A stretch of DNA of 48,618 nt, filler included, from Sphacelaria rigidula (Eukaryota), in the NCBI GenBank assembly GCA_964200075.2. It is 3 parts of 3 records of this genome, joined end to end, with 100 filler letters (N's around TTAATTAATTAA, not from the genome) between each part and the next. Parts side by side here need not be neighbours in the genome. Positions count along the whole stretch, not along the records: positions 32,483 to 48,618 come from CAXNAA020001470.1; 2 more parts are not named here. One strand, 5' to 3'. The position numbers and the translations under genes were made by a program. How positions within the stretch are numbered: the stretch's first letter is position 1; each line of letters opens with the position of its first letter. Under the pieces are notes generated by a model, which saw only the letters and a program-made list of their open reading frames with translations, did no database searches and had not been told where the DNA came from. This document shows positions 45,748 through 48,618 of this stretch, in pieces.

Positions 45748-46204
45748 GATAACCGTACGCAGCCTTTGTGCTTGAAAAGGAAGGTGCAGTGTGTCTGATC
45801 TGCGGGCCTTAATCAAAGGAGCGTGACACCAAGAGATGCTAAGTGCAAAAGCCGAAGCTTGTATCCGAATATACTGGATAAGGAAGCCTAATAGCGCCGG
45901 AGGGGACCGTGGGACCTGATTTTCTTGAGAAATTTATTCAAGCGAATTGCGGTTTGTAACAACTATGTCCGGGGTCTGATTAATACAACTTTATTCAAGT
46001 TGTGGCGGTAATAGCTAGCACAGGGTTGTGCACAGAACAGACGTGTGTCGTCGAAGACAAGCGAAGACCCGATTGTCTGTAGCAGCGTTGGTACGTGGAA
46101 GAACAACTTACACGTGTTCCGGATGTAGCGTCACGGGCAGACTGTAAGTGTATGATCCCAGCATAAGTTGAGGGGCGACTGGCTGTGTGCAAATTAAAAT
46201 AATT

Positions 46205-46221
46205 ATATATATATATATACA
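46205..46221. repeat. (TA)n microsatellite in the retroelement 5' leader
   Basis: Seen directly. Confidence 0.9.
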
Positions 46222-47418
46222 TACATATTCTCAGATGCGCACCAAAACTGTGCAGCGTAAGACAGCACAAAAGCTTTTACAAAGCTTGGGTTGTAGACCG
46301 CGAAATCGGACTGCGTAGTGCAGAGCGAAGGCTTGTTATCCAACGAAGTTGAGACAGTGTGTGTATGCGGAACAAAGGTGATGTGATGCACAACAGGAGC
46401 AACGCTGAGAGCGGGTGCCGGAAACGTTGTAGTGCACGGGCAAGGGGCACCGATTTCGAGTGCTGTCTGTTCAAATGAGCACGTAACGGAAGTTGAAATG
46501 TTTCAACCTGTATTATTTCAACGAAACCGTCTCGGAACGATGAATTTGTTCGTTCGAGAAGGGGTCAAAGGAGAAACAAAACTCACAGTACGTTATCCTG
46601 TGAACTGTTACTTACCACGGTGATGTACCGCGTTGCCTTACGGTTGTGCGAAGTACACAAGAGGACAACAAGAAAGAAAGTAGCCACAAGCAACGAAGCT
46701 AAAGTTACAATAACAACAAGGTAGCTACGAGCAACGACGGTAAAGTGCCGGAACAATCCAAAGTTCGTGTACAGACGCCCGTTATCACAATGTGTGAGCA
46801 CGGTTTGTACGTGTTCAGTAATTTCGTAAAGGAAAGATACAACAGTCCCGTACAATCGATACTGAAAAATAAGAGCAGCAGCGTGCCGGCTTGGCAGGAG
46901 CTCAGGTCAGGAACAGCGGCTGGCTATGAACAACAGTGCGCCTTTGTGCACTGGTGTTCTGTAAAAACCTGTAGTAAAATACTTATTCTGCGGAAGGAAA
47001 GGGGGGCACAAGACCAAATACACGAGCCAACGATGGCTTGGTGCGATGGTCGTGCCGGGCTGGTGAATCACGAAAAGATTCACAGTCATGCAGACGGAAC
47101 TGATACCGTGGGGCCTTGTGCAGGTGGTGTCAAATTGACTGCACGGCAAGAATAGCAAGCAGTGCGCGTTGACCCCACGTTGGCCACACAAGATGTGCCG
47201 TCGAGCGCTACAGCAATTGCAAGTAGCAGGGCACGAATACAATTTACCGAGAGACACGCGGGGCAGAAGCTTGTAGAGCTACTGACTGCCTGGGCGGTAG
47301 ATTTGACTAAAAGTGTCCTGAAAGGAAAAGGGGGAAATGATCAAAAAGCTGGAGTACACAGCTGGCAGCCAGGGATACAAATCGGTACAAGAAAGAAACG
47401 CAATAGCCAAAGAAGAAG

Positions 47419-47436
47419 CTCCTTAGTCAAACGCCA
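47419..47436 (-). promoter_or_regulatory. Primer-binding site (18 nt)
   Basis: TGGCGTTTGACTAAGGAG lies 1 nt from the 5' LTR. Its complement CTCCTTA-GTCAAAC-G-CCA fits tRNA positions 59-76 (T60, C61, C62, G73, CCA). Confidence 0.85.
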
Positions 47437-47437
47437 A

Positions 47438-47926
47438 TGTAATGAAGAGCAAGCGGCAGTATGATGCAAGGACACGGCTTGCAACCCAAGGCACAAGCTT
47501 GGCAGGCAAGTGTACAGCCGTCAGGCTGCTACAACTTGTAGATACCGTGTGACCTGCTCAGCATCCAAATATCAGACGAAGTTTCACGCGAATAGGTCCT
47601 TCACTTCTCTCTTGATTATCTTGATTCTAACTCCAGTACCCACTCAATCAGTTCAATCCAATCCAATGCGTCTCACCGATAATTAGACTTTTTTTGCTGG
47701 AAGGCAATAGAGGAGCAGTTGATAGTGTGAAGGATGGGCGAGCTATGTCGGTTCCAGCTGATCTATCTCGCCGTCTTTTACCAATATACAAGCTCAGATC
47801 CGTACCCGACCAACTCTGAACAGACCTGCAGTCTTGTTTACCGGGATTCCCAATATTACCGGAAGCCAGACTTCGACAACGGGTCTGAAGCGGCATGACG
47901 ATAGGCTAGTATGCATCTTCATGACA
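47438..47926 (-). repeat. 5' LTR (489 bp)
   Basis: TGTAATGAAGA...TCTTCATGACA with a 10/11 terminal inverted repeat. Confidence 0.96.
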
Positions 47927-47985
47927 CCGCGCTGGATGATAAGTTGCGACCGTGGTCCGAGGAAAACCCGGCATGCTCCGTCCTG

Positions 47986-48225
47986 GCTGTATATATTGTA
48001 CAGCTGCGGTCATCACGGGAGTGGTGTGAAAGCGTGATGGGGCGCACTGTATATATACCTTTTCTGTTGTACAATAGTACAACACCGAAAAAGGTACGGA
48101 AAACAGCTGTATATATTGTACAGCTGCGGTCATCACGGGAGTTGTGTGGAAGCGTGATGGGACGCACTGTATATATACCTTTTCTGTTGTACAATAGTAC
48201 AACACCGAAAAAGGTACGGAAAACA
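47986..48225. repeat. Tandem duplication, 2 x 120 bp
   Basis: Copies at 47986 and 48106 differ at 3 positions. Confidence 0.95.
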
Positions 48226-48618
48226 CTGGAACGGAGCGCCTCGGTCATTCAATCCCCAGATTTCCCTCAAGACTTGACGATGAAATATCGATACTTCAGA
48301 CCGAGGCGTGGGCGCGTACCTGTTCCAGAAGAAGGGCGACGACGAATCAATCGTAGCATACTTTAGTCGACATGTCAGGGCGTGTCTCAACATTTTTTTC
48401 CGATCGAAAAAATGATGCGGTGGAATCGATTTGAGCGAATGTTTCTCGTTTTGATGCAGTTGGGTCCAGACGGACTTTGAAACTGTCGTTCGAAAAAACA
48501 GTATAAATCGTGAAACGGTACATGGTCACTCGTGTACAGTACAGTCTGTACTGTCTGCGCTGCTAACAGCCGATCATCTATGTTGAGGATGGTGCTTTTC
48601 ATTGAGGATGAGAACCCG

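Larger units (their letters stand above)
33770..47926 (-). mobile_element. Full-length but decayed Ty3/Gypsy LTR retrotransposon, 14,157 bp
   Basis: Two 489-bp direct LTRs, a PBS, a G-rich PPT-like tract, Gag with CCHC knuckle, and PR-RT-RNase H-INT order. Many frameshifts and stops. Confidence 0.97.

Noticed and set aside
46745-47464. Antisense ORFs (136 and 100 aa) in the element leader as accessory genes
   Set aside because: No motif or coding-like composition is evident; conservation among copies would be needed.

Overview
Eukaryotic, intron-rich and repeat-rich genomic DNA. It is most likely from a brown alga or related stramenopile; this is inferred from gene content (GSDH-WSC protein, Zn2Cys6 exon) and splice-site style. 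I reconstructed the following by hand. (1) A complete 3-exon SGT/Sgt2-type TPR co-chaperone gene on + (9806-14265, 436 aa). (2) A 13-exon, 5'-incomplete glucose/sorbosone dehydrogenase (GSDH) beta-propeller + WSC gene on - (25204-33648); all splice phases join in frame. (3) A 14,157-bp decayed Ty3/Gypsy LTR retrotransposon on - (33770-47926). It has 489-bp LTRs about 95.5% identical, a tRNA PBS, no TSD, a very long Gag region, and an integrase ending in a chromodomain followed by a second PWWP/Tudor-like barrel. It appears to lie in sense orientation inside an intron of the GSDH gene. (4) A decayed Ty1/Copia pol interrupted by a GAG...CTC MITE with a 4-bp TSD. (5) Two exons of a - strand gene running off the left edge (possibly organellar PheRS alpha), an orphan Zn2Cys6 exon, a 267-nt foldback, nested MITEs, tandem arrays and microsatellites. 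The best candidate for an undescribed system is the integrase carrying two Royal-family reader domains. All domain calls are by eye; no database searches were run.
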